Part shown: in pieces, positions 40,771 to 51,540 of the stretch | How the letters are laid out: each line of letters starts with the position of its first letter | How positions within the stretch are numbered: position 1 is the stretch's first letter | NCBI GenBank assembly: GCA_051439425.1 | Contig: JBFRWD010000103.1 | Coordinates: 33,031-97,030 of the forward strand | DNA from: Synechococcus sp. | Lineage (GTDB): Bacteria; Cyanobacteriota; Cyanobacteriia; Thermostichales; PCC-7336 | Direction of reading: 5' to 3' | Length of the DNA: 64,000 nucleotides | Translations under genes and position numbers: made by a program | The notes under the pieces: model-generated | Database searches by the model: none | What the model saw: only the letters and a program-made list of their open reading frames with translations | Told to the model about the DNA's origin: nothing

Positions 40771-42009
40771 ATGATGAGCAAAGACCCAGTGATGAATACT
40801 GAACCAGTGAATATTGCAATGATCGGCTGTGGCTTTGTTGCCGATTACTACTTACAGACACTCGCGCACCATCCGCAACTGTCGTTAGTCGGGGTGATGG
40901 ATCGCAATCGCGATCGCGCTCAACGTTTTGGACAGCAGCACGCCCTCTTAGTCTACACAAGCCTTGAGGAGCTGCTGGCAGACGATCGCATTCACATTGT
41001 CATTAATCTCACCAACCCCAGCAGCCACTACGAGGTGTCTAAAGCCAGTTTGGAGGCAGGCAAGCATGTCTACTCTGAAAAGCCACTGGCCATGCAAATG
41101 GAGCAGGCTACCGAACTGGTGGAGCTAGCAATGCAACGAGGACTCAGGTTGTCCTCTGCCCCCTGCAGTTTGTTGGGGGAAACGGCCCAAACTATCTGGA
41201 AAGCCCTCCGAGAGAACACTATTGGCACAGTGCGATTGGTCTATGCCGAAATGGATGACGGCTTAGTTCACCGTATGCCCTATCGCCAGTGGTATAGCAA
41301 TTCTGGGATTCCCTGGCCCTATAAAGATGAATTTGAGGTGGGCTGCACTCTGGAGCATGCGGGGTATTACGTTACTTGGTTGGCCGCTTTCTTTGGGCCA
41401 GCGGTTTCGGTGTCAGCATTTGCATCCTGTCTGGTTCCCGACAAGCAAACGGATGTACCACTAGAGACTTCCGCCCCAGACTTTTCCGTGGCCTGCATTC
41501 AATTCGAGTCTGGTGTTGTTGCCCGTCTCTCCTGCAGCATTGTGGCCCCCCACGATCATTCCATGCGGGTGATTGGAGATGACGGTATTTTGTCCATTGA
41601 GGATTGTTGGTACTATCAATCGCCCATCCGCATCAAGCGTCGATTCAATCTGCGGCGCAGAATGGTGCTCTCTCCTTGGAGCGAAACGTATCCACTAGTG
41701 CGTCGCCAGGGAGAAAACTACGGTTATAAGGGGGCGCAGCAAATGGACTTTTGTCGAGGGGTTGCAGACATGGCAGATGCAATCGTCGCTGGGCGCCCCC
41801 ATCGTCTTTCGGCCCAATTCTCCCTGCACATCAACGAAATTTCTCTGGCAATTCACAATGCAATCGAAACCGGTACCACTCAACGGTTGCAGACTCGTTT
41901 TGCTCCCATTGCCCCGATGCCGTGGGCCGATAACAGCCCTGCCACAGAACCCCGTGCTCTCCGCCCACTCCAATTTGTCAAATCTCAACTCGCTCACCTA
42001 AGAGCGTGA
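40771..42009 (+). CDS. Gfo/Idh/MocA oxidoreductase
   Basis: IGCGFVA, TNPSSH, GKHVYSEKPLA. Confidence 0.9.
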   Translation: MMSKDPVMNTEPVNIAMIGCGFVADYYLQTLAHHPQLSLVGVMDRNRDRAQRFGQQHALLVYTSLEELLADDRIHIVINLTNPSSHYEVSKASLEAGKHVYSEKPLAMQMEQATELVELAMQRGLRLSSAPCSLLGETAQTIWKALRENTIGTVRLVYAEMDDGLVHRMPYRQWYSNSGIPWPYKDEFEVGCTLEHAGYYVTWLAAFFGPAVSVSAFASCLVPDKQTDVPLETSAPDFSVACIQFESGVVARLSCSIVAPHDHSMRVIGDDGILSIEDCWYYQSPIRIKRRFNLRRRMVLSPWSETYPLVRRQGENYGYKGAQQMDFCRGVADMADAIVAGRPHRLSAQFSLHINEISLAIHNAIETGTTQRLQTRFAPIAPMPWADNSPATEPRALRPLQFVKSQLAHLRA

Positions 42010-42051
42010 GGAGGAAGGCCGAATTTCTCCTGACAAGCGGGCCGGGCTCGC

Positions 42052-42098
42052 ACTTAATCCACTCTTGTACTTAACCAACTTTTGTACTTAATCCACTC
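42052..42098 (+). repeat. 17-bp tandem repeat (about 2.8 units) upstream of a sulfotransferase
   Basis: ACTTAATCCACTCTTGT ACTTAACCAACTTTTGT ACTTAATCCACTC. Confidence 0.75.
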
Positions 42099-42125
42099 CA
42101 GACATCTCTCGTAGGATGCACACCG

Positions 42126-43055
42126 ATGAAACAGGATTTCATGTTGATTGGTGCCTCGAAATGCGCCACCTCCACCATCAGTACGTTGCTCGCTCAGCAT
42201 CCCCAAATTCATATGGTGAGTAAGGAGTCTCAGTTTTTTTGCAATGATTCGGTGTACCAGAACGGAGTGGATTGGTACGAGCGGCAGTTTGACGGAGCTG
42301 AACTCGGACAGGCGATCGGCGATCGCAATAATCTTTATTCGATGAAAGAGGTGTTTCCCGACACCGTTCGCCGCATTCACGCCTACAACCCAGACCTCAA
42401 ATTGATCTACTGCGTTCGCCATCCCCTCCGCCGGATCGAGTCGTATTGGGTGCAAATTCGTTCCCACGGTGGTGAGGAGCTGCACCACGATTTCAATCGT
42501 TCCGTTCGTCTCAACTGTGACTGGCTGGTGGATGCCTCCAATTACTGGCAACAACTAGAGCCGTATCGCCAGCATTTTTCAGACGAGCAGTTCCACGTGG
42601 TCTTTTTTGAGGATTACAAAGCGAACCCGACCGATACGTTGGCATCCTGTTTCCAGTTTCTCGGGGTGGATCCGACTATCCAAGTCTCGGCGGCTAACCT
42701 GCATCTCAATCCCTCGCAAGGGAAGATCGTTCCCCGCCAATTTCTATCAGTGCTACGCACGCAATCCTGGTTCCGAGCTGTTATCCAGCTGATTCCCCAG
42801 AGCCTGCGCGACCCCATCAAACAGCAGTTGTGTTTTCGACAGATGAGCGGCCGCCCTACCTGGAATCGCAACGAGCTGGAGTGGGTGTGCGATAGTCTGC
42901 AGGCCGATACCCAACGTTTCCTAGAGTTCTTCGGAAAACCCACTGACTACTGGAGCTTCGAACCTGCAGCCACCGTTCGGCAAAATCGCAACGGCACTAC
43001 TGGGGATACTTCCGTCGCGGCACGCCCAGACTGGGTTAAAAACGCTGCGTCCTAA
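42126..43055 (+). CDS. Sulfotransferase
   Basis: DFMLIGASKCATST, KESQFF, VRHPLRRIES, FFED. Confidence 0.9.
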   Translation: MKQDFMLIGASKCATSTISTLLAQHPQIHMVSKESQFFCNDSVYQNGVDWYERQFDGAELGQAIGDRNNLYSMKEVFPDTVRRIHAYNPDLKLIYCVRHPLRRIESYWVQIRSHGGEELHHDFNRSVRLNCDWLVDASNYWQQLEPYRQHFSDEQFHVVFFEDYKANPTDTLASCFQFLGVDPTIQVSAANLHLNPSQGKIVPRQFLSVLRTQSWFRAVIQLIPQSLRDPIKQQLCFRQMSGRPTWNRNELEWVCDSLQADTQRFLEFFGKPTDYWSFEPAATVRQNRNGTTGDTSVAARPDWVKNAAS

Positions 43056-43070
43056 GTCCAAAAGGCTGCT

Positions 43071-44375
43071 ATGACCGTGCATCTTCGAGCAGAAACTACT
43101 TTCAACACCAGTATGCTCTTCACAAACCCTTCGCCCGCTATCCAGAACCCTACGATTGAGCCCCGCACCAAACGGTTACTGATTGTGCTGTACCGAGGCA
43201 ACTTTCGTGAAATCTATCGCCGCAGGCAGGCCGGATTGGGGGAGACCTATCACGGGCATTACTACTCGTTCGATACGCTCTCGGCGCTCTCAGACGATCG
43301 GGCCGAGGTTACGGTGCTGTGCTGTCATGCCCCAGAATCCTACCGGGAGCAGGTCAGCGATCGCTTGTCTTTTGTGGGGATTGGCCCGCAGCCACGCGAT
43401 CCGAACGCAATTCTCAAGACGATTCAGCGCTTGCAGCCCACCCACCTGGTATTGAGATTTCCCGACCGGGCGATTCTGAAATGGGCGATTCGTACTCATA
43501 CTCGTACAGCGGTTCTGCTAGCCGACTCGTTCCCCACTGCTACCCTCAAACAAAAATGGCAAACTCACCGACTGGTCAGCCAGCTTAATCATCCGACAGT
43601 GGAATGGGTCGGAAATCATGGAGTCACCGCATGCACAGCTCTACAGACGTTGGGGGTCAGTGCTGGCAAGATCGTGCCGTGGGATTGGCCCCATGCCTGG
43701 GCTGGCTACGCCGCAAAAGAGTTGACACCGGATCGACAGCAGTATTCGGTTCTATACGTTGGGGCGTTGCGAGAAACAAAAGGCGTTGGCGACCTTATCC
43801 AAGCCATTGCCCGCCTGAAAGCCAAGCACCTATCGGTCAATCTGGCGGTAGCCGGTCGTGGCAACCAGTCGTTGTTTGAGAATATGGCGCGATCGCTCAA
43901 TGTCACCGATCGCGTAACGTTCTTGGGGTTGATCGAACATTCGTCAGTGCTGGAGCGGATGCGCCACAGTGATGTGGTGGCGATTCCCAGCCGACACGAG
44001 TACCCGGAAGGGTTTCCCCTCACCATCTACGAAGCCCTCAACAGCCGAACTCCACCCATTGCTTCGGATCACCCCATGTTTCGGACCATTCTGCATCACC
44101 GTCACAACGCCCTCATCTTTCCTGCTGGCAACTCCGATGCGATTGCCGATTGTATTCAAATCGCTATCTCCCAGCCGGATCTGTACAAGCAACTCTCGCA
44201 AGCCTCCCATCGCACCTGGCAGACATTGCAGCTACCCGTCAGTTGGGGGGAGTTTATCCAGACATGGCTGGACGAAACGGAAGACGGTCGTCAATGGTTG
44301 GCAAGGTATTCGTTGGCCCACATGGATTACGAGAGTCGTAGTGAGGCGATTGCTGGCTCACCTGTGATGGATTGA
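43071..44375 (+). CDS. GT4 glycosyltransferase
   Basis: YVGALRETKGV, PSRHEYPEGFPLTIYEAL. Confidence 0.9.
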   Translation: MTVHLRAETTFNTSMLFTNPSPAIQNPTIEPRTKRLLIVLYRGNFREIYRRRQAGLGETYHGHYYSFDTLSALSDDRAEVTVLCCHAPESYREQVSDRLSFVGIGPQPRDPNAILKTIQRLQPTHLVLRFPDRAILKWAIRTHTRTAVLLADSFPTATLKQKWQTHRLVSQLNHPTVEWVGNHGVTACTALQTLGVSAGKIVPWDWPHAWAGYAAKELTPDRQQYSVLYVGALRETKGVGDLIQAIARLKAKHLSVNLAVAGRGNQSLFENMARSLNVTDRVTFLGLIEHSSVLERMRHSDVVAIPSRHEYPEGFPLTIYEALNSRTPPIASDHPMFRTILHHRHNALIFPAGNSDAIADCIQIAISQPDLYKQLSQASHRTWQTLQLPVSWGEFIQTWLDETEDGRQWLARYSLAHMDYESRSEAIAGSPVMD

Positions 44376-44593
44376 CTGCAAAGCCTTTGATGAATTGCGT
44401 GTCAAAGCATAGCAATCAGCTCGCATTTGCCAGCTCGAAACAGCCATGACCAGAACGTTCGGAATTCAAATTGGTTTGAACCTACCTCCATTGAATTCAA
44501 TAATGCATCAGCTCGATCGCGGCTGAAAAAGAGGATTGAGCGATCGCCCACCGCTAGACATACATACAGCAGCTTCAACTCAACACGGAAGGA

Positions 44594-45955
44594 ATGGCGA
44601 TGAGTCAGGATTCCAATATCTATGTATTACCCATAGCAGATGAATATGAATCTCCAGGGAGAAAAGTATTTCATGCGCCTAAAATCCCCCTGCTCCCTAT
44701 TCGTCTGCTAACTGCCGTATTAGGGTTGCTACTGTTTACAGGTAGCTTAGATTTGATAATTCCGAGTGTGTTGATGACGTTGATACGCTACGGCGTATTT
44801 GCACTGTCATTGTTTTTTATTTTTGGCTTTTATGTCAATAAGTTCATACAAACTATCTGTCGAGATCGCTGGTTGTTTATTATTTTGCTAATGGCATGCC
44901 TGTCATTCGTCTGGTCGGATTATCCAGATAGCACCACGTCAGAATGTTTTGAACTATTTCGAGTTAGTATATTTGCCTTATTTCTTTCCATTTCATTTTC
45001 TCCTCAACAAAAGCTGAATTTACTGCTGCTGAATTTTTGTTTGGGGGCGATCCTGTGCGCGATGATAGCGGTTGCGGTTCCCTCTATTGGGGTCGACCAT
45101 GTCATTCATATCGGAGCGTGGCAAGGGATCTACGGCAATAAAAATGCAATGGGTGCAATGATGGCTGTGAGCTCGTTGCTGTTCTTTATCAGCCTGCTCT
45201 TTTCCGGTCGTGATTTGCCCCTGAGAAAACTGCTGCTGTGGTGTGGGCTGATTCTGTCGGCCTTTCTCGTGTTGATGACCACCTCTAAAACCTCATTGGT
45301 CGTGCTGTGTACGATTTCCCTGTCCGTCACAGCCTACAGACGATATCGATGGAAGGGTAAAGCTAGTGTCATTTTTTTGTTGCTGGCATCGTTAGTCAGT
45401 GGACTTGTCGGTGTGTTCATTGTCAGTAATTGGAGTGTTTTGATCGGTAGTTTGGGACGAGATCCGACGCTTACTGGGCGAACGATTATTTGGAAAGCTG
45501 CCCTAGAGCAATTTTTGGAACGTCCGTGGTATGGGTTTGGTCAAGGGGCATTTTGGGCAGTTGGCAGCGAACAGCAGATCTATGTGGCTCGATTTTTCTC
45601 CCTCAATCTCGATTATTTACCTCCCCACGCCCACAATGGATTTTTAGAAATCTTACTGTCGCTTGGCGCGATCGGGATGTTGTTCTTTGCTATTAATTTT
45701 TCCGGAAATATGGTGCTTGCTTTGAAGCGAGCTTACCTGTACAAATCGGCTGCTGATTGGTTTCCGTTGACACTACTATTTCTCCTGATTTCCATTAATC
45801 TCACGGAAAGCCAACTGATGCGGACAACTGACGATGGGATTTTCTGGATCCTGTATATAGTGGTTTCCACTTCACTCAAATGTCCTGTCGATATTTATCC
45901 AGAGCAGACATTGAATAGGGATGGCGAACGGTACGGTATTCCGATGTTGAATTGA
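44594..45955 (+). CDS. wzy: Wzy polymerase / O-antigen ligase family (ExoQ-like)
   Basis: WQGIYGNKN, TSKTS, GRDPTLTGRTIIW, HAHNGFLE; many TMs; EPS context. Confidence 0.8.
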   Translation: MAMSQDSNIYVLPIADEYESPGRKVFHAPKIPLLPIRLLTAVLGLLLFTGSLDLIIPSVLMTLIRYGVFALSLFFIFGFYVNKFIQTICRDRWLFIILLMACLSFVWSDYPDSTTSECFELFRVSIFALFLSISFSPQQKLNLLLLNFCLGAILCAMIAVAVPSIGVDHVIHIGAWQGIYGNKNAMGAMMAVSSLLFFISLLFSGRDLPLRKLLLWCGLILSAFLVLMTTSKTSLVVLCTISLSVTAYRRYRWKGKASVIFLLLASLVSGLVGVFIVSNWSVLIGSLGRDPTLTGRTIIWKAALEQFLERPWYGFGQGAFWAVGSEQQIYVARFFSLNLDYLPPHAHNGFLEILLSLGAIGMLFFAINFSGNMVLALKRAYLYKSAADWFPLTLLFLLISINLTESQLMRTTDDGIFWILYIVVSTSLKCPVDIYPEQTLNRDGERYGIPMLN

Positions 45956-46134
45956 TAGCTTGATAAATTGCGTCGGTTATGGAGGGGATGATGCTTTGAT
46001 GTGATTGCTTAATTGATGAAAATGTGGATACTCCTGAGGCTTTAAATAAAAGATATTTGGTACTGCTGGAATGTTGATTTTATAGAGATAATCGACTGTT
46101 AGAGTTGGCTTGAAAATTATTTGGAAATGGTGAC

Positions 46135-47187
46135 GTGATGGTACGCGATCTCAAACAATCTAACCCTCTGCGGCAGACATTGGGACAGACCAAATATCAC
46201 ATCGGTGAGTTTGTCGATCGCAGCGTTAAATCCGGACTGTATTTCAAATTAGATCGATTATTTGCCAACCGTCAGACTAATCTTGCCGGGTCGACAGTTG
46301 TGATTGCAGGGTTTTGGCGCAGTGGAACAACCTGGATGCAGCAATCCATCAATTCATTGCTGGATGCGAACTCGATTTTCGAGCCGTTTGCTCCCAGAGT
46401 TGATACCTATGTATCGGATATCGTTCCGACATTTTGGCCAGATTCCAATAGCTTTCGCGCCTATCACATGCCGTTTTGTGACGCCAATCTGGCGCTAGAA
46501 ACCCCCCGTCTGCGCAATTATCTGAGTCAATGTTTGACGGCCCAAGTTCCGGGGGCATGGGTGAGGACGCTGCGAGATCGACCCGATCGCTCCTTTCGGC
46601 CGGTCATGACGGTTAAGTTTGTGCGTGCACAGTTGTGCCTACATGCTATCTACAGCGAATTCAGATGTCCGATTGTCTACATCACCCGAGATCCAAGAGC
46701 TGCGATCGCCAGTTGTCTACGCAACCAGTGGGGGCATTTTTTCCAACAGCCGTTCCTCAAGCAGGCGCTACTCGACTGCACGGACAATCGGCGTCCGTTT
46801 TTTCAACAGTATGAAGACGAGATTGGGCGCTATGACTCTGACGATGCCGTGTCTAGAATTGCGTTTTTCTGGGCTGTTTTAGAGCGGTTTGTGCGATCTC
46901 GCTTGGCCGATTACGGTGGCAATATTTGCTGGCTGACCTACGAGGACGTGCTGGCGACCGATTGTGTCGCGCTCGGATCGTTCCTCGAGCAGCATGGATT
47001 TCAACTGACCAATGTCCACGCCCCATCACTACTGACTACTGACTCAAAAATGACCCAAACCGAGCGGCAAGGAGTCAATCGTAAAAAAAGGCAATCGAGC
47101 TGGAAGGACGAGCTATCGAGTTCGGACATCAACCGCATTGAAGCAATTGTTTGCCGTTTTGGCTTAGACGAATACTTGGCTGACTAG
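46135..47187 (+). CDS. Sulfotransferase
   Basis: GFWRSGTTW, FEP, TRDPRAAIAS, LTYED, WKDELS. Confidence 0.88.
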   Translation: MMVRDLKQSNPLRQTLGQTKYHIGEFVDRSVKSGLYFKLDRLFANRQTNLAGSTVVIAGFWRSGTTWMQQSINSLLDANSIFEPFAPRVDTYVSDIVPTFWPDSNSFRAYHMPFCDANLALETPRLRNYLSQCLTAQVPGAWVRTLRDRPDRSFRPVMTVKFVRAQLCLHAIYSEFRCPIVYITRDPRAAIASCLRNQWGHFFQQPFLKQALLDCTDNRRPFFQQYEDEIGRYDSDDAVSRIAFFWAVLERFVRSRLADYGGNICWLTYEDVLATDCVALGSFLEQHGFQLTNVHAPSLLTTDSKMTQTERQGVNRKKRQSSWKDELSSSDINRIEAIVCRFGLDEYLAD

Positions 47188-47189
47188 AG

Positions 47190-47228
47190 ACTTGTCTGGA
47201 AAATACTTGTCTGGAAAATACTTGTCTG
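47190..47228 (+). repeat. 15-bp tandem repeat (about 2.6 units) between convergent genes
   Basis: ACTTGTCTGGAAAAT x2 + ACTTGTCTG. Confidence 0.85.
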
Positions 47229-47265
47229 CTCATTCGCTGTCCATCGGTCTTCACCAAAACCTCAC

Positions 47266-50229
47266 CTATCGAAGATCGGAACCATCACTGGGGTTACTGA
47301 CATCCTCAGCTCGTTCTCCTGTGGTGATGCCATCCTCAAGCTCCCCCTGCAATTCAGAGGTGGAGTTCATGTTGAGACGTTCGGCGGCTTCACTGACAGT
47401 GAGGGTCGCTAACCGTGCATTATCCACATCACCCGAGTCATGCACACCGATCTGGCTGCTTGGCGCAATGCCAAGCAGGATGGGCACTCGGGAATATCGC
47501 TCGGCAAACGTGTTGATGGTTCGCAGTGCCAACTCGCTGCCATGTTCGAGATGTTGAATGCAAATGGCAAACGCACCATTACGAACCAAAGTGGAGAAAA
47601 ATGCTGGATCGAGATCGATTGTGGCAATCCTTCCAGCAACGACCCTGCGGACAGCAGTTTCCACCCCTCGTTCACAGGCATTCACATCCACCGAAACCAA
47701 AACGGCTTTATTGAGGGAAGCAGATATTGAGGCGCTGGCCAAAGAACTGCGCACAGATTGACGCGATCGCTCTCCAGGCGGAGGTAATTCGCAAGAGGGA
47801 AACGATCCAGTGGCCGCCAGCAATCGGTAGTCGTACATATCCAACTCAGCACTGGCATCCGTTGAACGCGATGATGCTGAACCACATTTACCGATCCGAT
47901 CGGCCTCTTCGCAGTCATACACCATGCCAAAGTTCAGCCGTTTACTCACAATTGGTGTCCCCCACGAGACAAGCAAGTGGGACCGCAAAAAGGGGACTCG
48001 TGCCAGCAAGTAGCCAATATATATATGCCCCAGAATCCGTCGCAGCCATGGGTGCCACACCAAGATTTGAATCGGCAGGCATAGAGGATACAGCAGCCAC
48101 AGCATCAGCCACGTAACGGCATGACCAATCAGGTACCGTCGCAACAACAAAAGCTGGCGTTGCTGCAGCAGTCCGCTGCGAGCAGATCGAATGGTGTTCG
48201 CACGGGCGACAAAACCGTCTTGTCTAAGACGTGCCTCTAACTTGCCAAGCAGCAATCGCTGCTGCCGTCCCTGCATCCATCCCGAGGCCCAATCCCCATC
48301 GCTCACTAACTGAGCCATTAACTGCGCCAAATCGGAACGCAGATGAGGGGTTTCTGCAGTGTCTGGCCACAGCAGATATAGCTGCTCCAATACTTGTATC
48401 CGTTGGCTGGTATTTCTAACAGCCGGTCGTACAGAGGGTTTACCCAACCACTGGATCGCCACAATTGCCTCCGCTCGACCACCACTACCGTAGTAGGCCG
48501 AAAAGCGGAGGTGGGCTCGGTCCGCGTGGGCTAGATCGTAGGTAGTCTCCAATAAAGGGGCAATGGTGCTAACGGTATGGGGGCAAAGCTGCTCCCAAGT
48601 CGATAGAGCGGTTTGACGCACTTCTAAACGGCGATCTCGCAGGCCAGTCACAATAAGTGGAATTCGTTCAGGCAGCTCAACCTGCCCTAAAATGCGTAAG
48701 CCTGTCTGGCGCACTGTCCACTGACGATGATGCAAGAGACTCGGGATTGTTTCGATGAATTGAGTACGATTACGCCCCGCAGCCCTGGAATCAACAGTAA
48801 CCACGTCGCCGATAGATTCGGTTTGAAGAAGTTGAGCAACGACCGCCCCCGTCACCTGCTGTACCTGAACCGATTCATCTGTCAACAGTTGCAACAGTTG
48901 GGGCAAGGCATTCTGCGCTTCCAATTCCCCCAACGCCATAACAGCAGCCTGCCGCACATCTGCGTCGGAATCGCGCAGCAAAGGAACGATCTGGGGCGTG
49001 GTTTCCCGTGCATTCAGTTGAGCCAATGCGTGCAGGGTCGCCTGCCGCACCGTGGAATCGCGATCGCCAAGCAACTCTAGGATTTGAAGACCGTATCCTG
49101 GCTCACCCAGTCGACCAATTGCCGTAACTGCCGCCTGACGACTCCCAACAGCGTCATCATGCAGCAGGGCTAATAACAGCTCGCTATCCTCCCCGCCTCC
49201 CATTTGGCCCAGTGCCGTTGCTGCAGCTGCCCGCACCTCAGCTTCAGGAGCAGACAAGAGACTGGTAATGCTCGGAATAGCCTCGCGGGCATTTAACCGA
49301 ACCAGAGTTTGAATCGCTATTTGCCGCACCGGCCACGAAGGGTGCTGCAGCAACCCCATAACCTGTTGAACCGATTCTCGCGACCCCAGTAACCCTAACG
49401 TTTGGCTAGCAGCTTCCCTCGCTTGCCAGCGAGGATCCTCCAATAAGCGCAGGAATTCGGGAATGAGATCGTCAGCGCCAAGCTGGCCAAGAGCGTGGCT
49501 AGCAGCTTGCCGGAGCTGCGGGCTGCTATTCAGTAGCAACGGCACCAAATCCACACGATAGTCGCTAGCTTCCAACTCGGCCAGAGCCGCAACAGTCACT
49601 AACCTCAAGTCAACAGGGCCATCATCAACCGGGGCTAGCAGAGCTGCGTGAGTTGAGTCAGATGGATCGGGAGGCGTAAAGAGAAATGGTCGTAAATGCA
49701 ACGCATGCTGGGGGCCTCCTAGACGGCCGACCGCCAGAATGGCTGCCTGTCGAACACGAACATCACCGTCGTAAAGTAGTGGCAGAATCTGGTTGAGATG
49801 GCGGCGAGCTTGCAGTTGGGCCAGTGCATCGATTGCCGCTTGCCGGACGGCACCATCGCTATCCTGAAGCAGGGGAAGCACTTTAAGAGAAGTGGGTTCG
49901 GCCGTATGGCCTGCAGCGGCGATTGCCCGTAACGCAGATGCCTGCAGGGCATCCGAATGGGTTTCTGCCAAAAAGCTAACGATGCCTTGGTAGCGCTCGT
50001 CAGAGCGTAATTCTTGTTGCTGAGATCGCGTTAAGTCAAACCCGCCTAGTCGATTGAGGGCCCGAATCCAAACCGCCTCTTCTCGATCGTCTAAAGCCGC
50101 CAGTGCTCCCTGTATTTGCCACGATTCCGCCTCTTGAGCGCTCCCAGGCATCACCACAATAAAGAAGCTAACACCGACTGCAGCGATCGTACCCGCAACC
50201 CTGTGCCACCCTGCACCAGCTTCTTGCAT
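47266..50229 (-). CDS. HEAT-repeat protein with signal/TM segments and degenerate NACHT-like C-terminus
   Basis: Many LLxDxxxxVRxAAxxALxxL repeats; hydrophobic segment HAVTWLMLWLLYP; C-terminal FAICIQHLE. Confidence 0.8.
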   Translation of the reverse strand: MQEAGAGWHRVAGTIAAVGVSFFIVVMPGSAQEAESWQIQGALAALDDREEAVWIRALNRLGGFDLTRSQQQELRSDERYQGIVSFLAETHSDALQASALRAIAAAGHTAEPTSLKVLPLLQDSDGAVRQAAIDALAQLQARRHLNQILPLLYDGDVRVRQAAILAVGRLGGPQHALHLRPFLFTPPDPSDSTHAALLAPVDDGPVDLRLVTVAALAELEASDYRVDLVPLLLNSSPQLRQAASHALGQLGADDLIPEFLRLLEDPRWQAREAASQTLGLLGSRESVQQVMGLLQHPSWPVRQIAIQTLVRLNAREAIPSITSLLSAPEAEVRAAAATALGQMGGGEDSELLLALLHDDAVGSRQAAVTAIGRLGEPGYGLQILELLGDRDSTVRQATLHALAQLNARETTPQIVPLLRDSDADVRQAAVMALGELEAQNALPQLLQLLTDESVQVQQVTGAVVAQLLQTESIGDVVTVDSRAAGRNRTQFIETIPSLLHHRQWTVRQTGLRILGQVELPERIPLIVTGLRDRRLEVRQTALSTWEQLCPHTVSTIAPLLETTYDLAHADRAHLRFSAYYGSGGRAEAIVAIQWLGKPSVRPAVRNTSQRIQVLEQLYLLWPDTAETPHLRSDLAQLMAQLVSDGDWASGWMQGRQQRLLLGKLEARLRQDGFVARANTIRSARSGLLQQRQLLLLRRYLIGHAVTWLMLWLLYPLCLPIQILVWHPWLRRILGHIYIGYLLARVPFLRSHLLVSWGTPIVSKRLNFGMVYDCEEADRIGKCGSASSRSTDASAELDMYDYRLLAATGSFPSCELPPPGERSRQSVRSSLASASISASLNKAVLVSVDVNACERGVETAVRRVVAGRIATIDLDPAFFSTLVRNGAFAICIQHLEHGSELALRTINTFAERYSRVPILLGIAPSSQIGVHDSGDVDNARLATLTVSEAAERLNMNSTSELQGELEDGITTGERAEDVSNPSDGSDLR

Positions 50230-50710
50230 GTAGATTACAGCTCCGTTAGATCCAAAGATCTACTCTGGAACGAGTCCAACCACCCGCCCATTTACCGGCT
50301 GGAAGTCGATCCAATAACGATTGACAGTTTGGTGTCGGTTTGGCTTACTCACCGCAGATTTCGATGGTGTGAGCCACACAAGCTAAGCATTCCGAGCAAC
50401 CACAGACGGTTATCACCCCCCACGCTCAGGTCTGGGCAAGAGCTACCCAACGAATAATCGCGACACAAGCCCACTGCCCTGCCATCGTATCCGGGAATGC
50501 AGCCCCGCCACTCAGCAGATTCGAGAAGGTTCTCAGTCTAATTTTTTCGAAAAATCAATAAAAAAATGTCAGTTTTTTCAGACTCATCCATCCCCATCAC
50601 ACAGGTCTGTTTGGATGATGGATGAGTAATGTCAACGACAGCCATAGGCAGTGGGCGCCCTTTAGCATGGTCGACAGTCCGAACAACAGCAATACCAACA
50701 GGTTCACCAA

Positions 50711-51385
50711 ATGTTGCATCGAGATCGCATCAAAGCCGCTATTTTCGATATGGACGGCCTCATGCTGGATACCGAACCGATCTACCGTAAAGCGTGGACA
50801 TTGGCAGTTGCAGACTGCGGCTACACATTAGACAACAACCATTACGAATATTTGGTCGGCTGCAGCAACGATGACTGCGATCGCTTTATGCTCGATCTCT
50901 TTGGAGAAGACTACCCAGTCGACCGCTGCCGCCAGCTTCGAGATTGCTTCTGGCGCTCGGAGATTGCTAATAACGGAATTCCGCTCAAACCCGGTCTGCA
51001 CGAACTGCTCGACTATTTGCAAGCAATGGAGCTACCTACCGCGATCGCCACCGCCAGCTTGCGTTCGGAAGCAGCCCTCAGCCTTGCAACGTCAGGAATT
51101 GGGAACCGCTTTCAGTTCAGTACTGCTGGCGATGAAGTGCCGAATAACAAGCCAGCTCCAGATATTTACATCGAAACTGCCCGCAAACTGGGAATCGCAC
51201 CGCACGAATGCCTGGTTTTTGAAGACTCCAATACGGGGGCAACTGCCGCAATTCAGTCCGGGGCGATCGCGATTGTTGTGCCAGACTTGCAGCCTCCTCA
51301 CCCCACAGTGGTCGAAGGCTCTTATTCGGTAGTGAAGTCTCTACACTCTGCACGCCAACTTCTAGAGGAGGCCTGGAGCGTTTAA
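50711..51385 (+). CDS. HAD phosphatase (beta-PGM/CbbY-like)
   Basis: FDMDGLMLDTE, ATAS, KPAPDIY, FEDSNTG. Confidence 0.9.
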   Translation: MLHRDRIKAAIFDMDGLMLDTEPIYRKAWTLAVADCGYTLDNNHYEYLVGCSNDDCDRFMLDLFGEDYPVDRCRQLRDCFWRSEIANNGIPLKPGLHELLDYLQAMELPTAIATASLRSEAALSLATSGIGNRFQFSTAGDEVPNNKPAPDIYIETARKLGIAPHECLVFEDSNTGATAAIQSGAIAIVVPDLQPPHPTVVEGSYSVVKSLHSARQLLEEAWSV

Positions 51386-51437
51386 CTGACGCTGGATTTG
51401 CCCCGCATGCTGGGAGCATATCTACTTACAAAGCAAC

Positions 51438-51540
51438 TATGGCAATCTGCTGTCAGGTCTGGAGTCCGGTGACATCTCAACCCTCGTACGACAGGGTAAG
51501 AACGCTAGAGGATTCTCCTAGCTGGTTGCGGAAAGTCATA
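51438..51540 (+). repeat. Dispersed about 100-bp element, family B, copy 4
   Basis: TATGGCAATCTGCTGTCAGGTCTGGAG...GACATCTCAA...; right arm degenerate. Confidence 0.7.

Noticed and set aside
50582..50627. 11-bp inverted repeat between the divergent HEAT and HAD genes
   Set aside because: Single occurrence, long loop, no U-tail; no function can be supported
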